Position numbers and translations under genes: made by a program. Of a stretch of 64,000 nucleotides of DNA, positions 63,291 to 64,000 are shown piece after piece (positions within the stretch are counted from its first letter, which is position 1; each line of letters opens with the position of its first letter). This stretch comes from Octopus sinensis. Lineage: Eukaryota. A model generated the notes under the pieces. It did not search any database. It was not told where the DNA came from and saw nothing but the letters and a program-made list of their open reading frames with translations. The stretch is from positions 7,688,001 through 7,752,000 of the forward strand of contig NC_043017.1 in NCBI RefSeq assembly GCF_006345805.1. Direction: 5' to 3'.

Positions 63291-64000
63291 ATATATATAT
63301 CACCGTGACCGACCAGGCTATCAGATGTTGCTACACATCGGTGGTCACAATGCGTTTCGCATTGTTTTAGCCTTTAAATGACGCCACCCCACTGGCTAAG
63401 CGAGCAGGCCAATATATATATATATATTTCGTTTTTGGATTTGGTTTGCAAGATTCTTAACGTGAGTTCGTGTGTTGAAGCACATTCTGTTGTGTCTGGG
63501 GAGAGTCATTTTCTTTTTGTGGCTTATAATTTAACACACTCACCGGCAAAATTTCAACTTATTCCTTATTTTTATTTTCCTAAACTTTTCGTTGTGTGGA
63601 GAGCGACTTTCTTTTGTCCATTCACACACCTCTTGCCGTTTACTTGCTTCAGTTGATAGACTGCGTCCATGCTGGGGTACCACCCTGAAATTTTAGTCGA
63701 ATGAACCGACCCCAGTACTTATTATTTTTTTTAAAGCCTGGTATTTATTCTATCAGTATCATTTACTGAACCGCTAGATTACGGGAACGCAAACGCAATA
63801 CCTGTTGTCGAGCGGTGTTGGTGGACAAACATAGACACAAGCACACACACAATATATATATATTTATAAGATTACATATTACGTCTATAGTCCCAACAAT
63901 AAATTTATAACATATAAGGCGATATAAACAATATAAGAATTAGACTGCGCAATATCTGCGTAGTACTAATTACACTGCTGTGGTTGTATATATTTAATTG

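Noticed and set aside
63538-63660. Strong minus-strand donor CCG/GTGAGT at 63544 as a possible DHPS 5' UTR exon
   Set aside because: Lies between SINE fragments in sequence that looks repetitive; cannot be supported without transcript data

Overview
AT-rich, repeat-dense, intron-rich animal genomic DNA. The SINE/RTE repeat landscape suggests a coleoid cephalopod, probably Octopus (inference). Two convergent spliced genes fill most of the window. BAG6 is on the + strand (22 coding exons hand-assembled, 17625-47831, about 1340 aa, with UBL domain, PAKRRK NLS and C-terminal BAG-similar domain). DHPS (deoxyhypusine synthase) is on the - strand (8 coding exons, 62541-49570, 364 aa). The rest is introns and upstream DNA carrying decayed RTE and CR1/Jockey-like LINEs, tRNA-headed SINEs, Tc1/mariner elements (DD34D, DD37D-like, DD41D), a TTAA-flanked piggyBac-like MITE family, a hAT MITE, and mini/microsatellites. 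I found no prokaryote-type system and no convincing new protein-coding gene. The most notable observations are structural: (1) a 234-bp, about 97% identical templated inversion inside a dead LINE; (2) a 1365-bp TSD-flanked chimeric retro-insertion in BAG6 intron 17 carrying a well-spaced CCAAT/ETS/TATA/Inr promoter; (3) a long-TIR DD41D foldback in the last BAG6 intron; (4) several other intronic hairpins; (5) a minisatellite with an 87-bp higher-order unit. Coordinates were counted by hand. Repeat boundaries are approximate, and family names rest on recalled motifs, not database searches.
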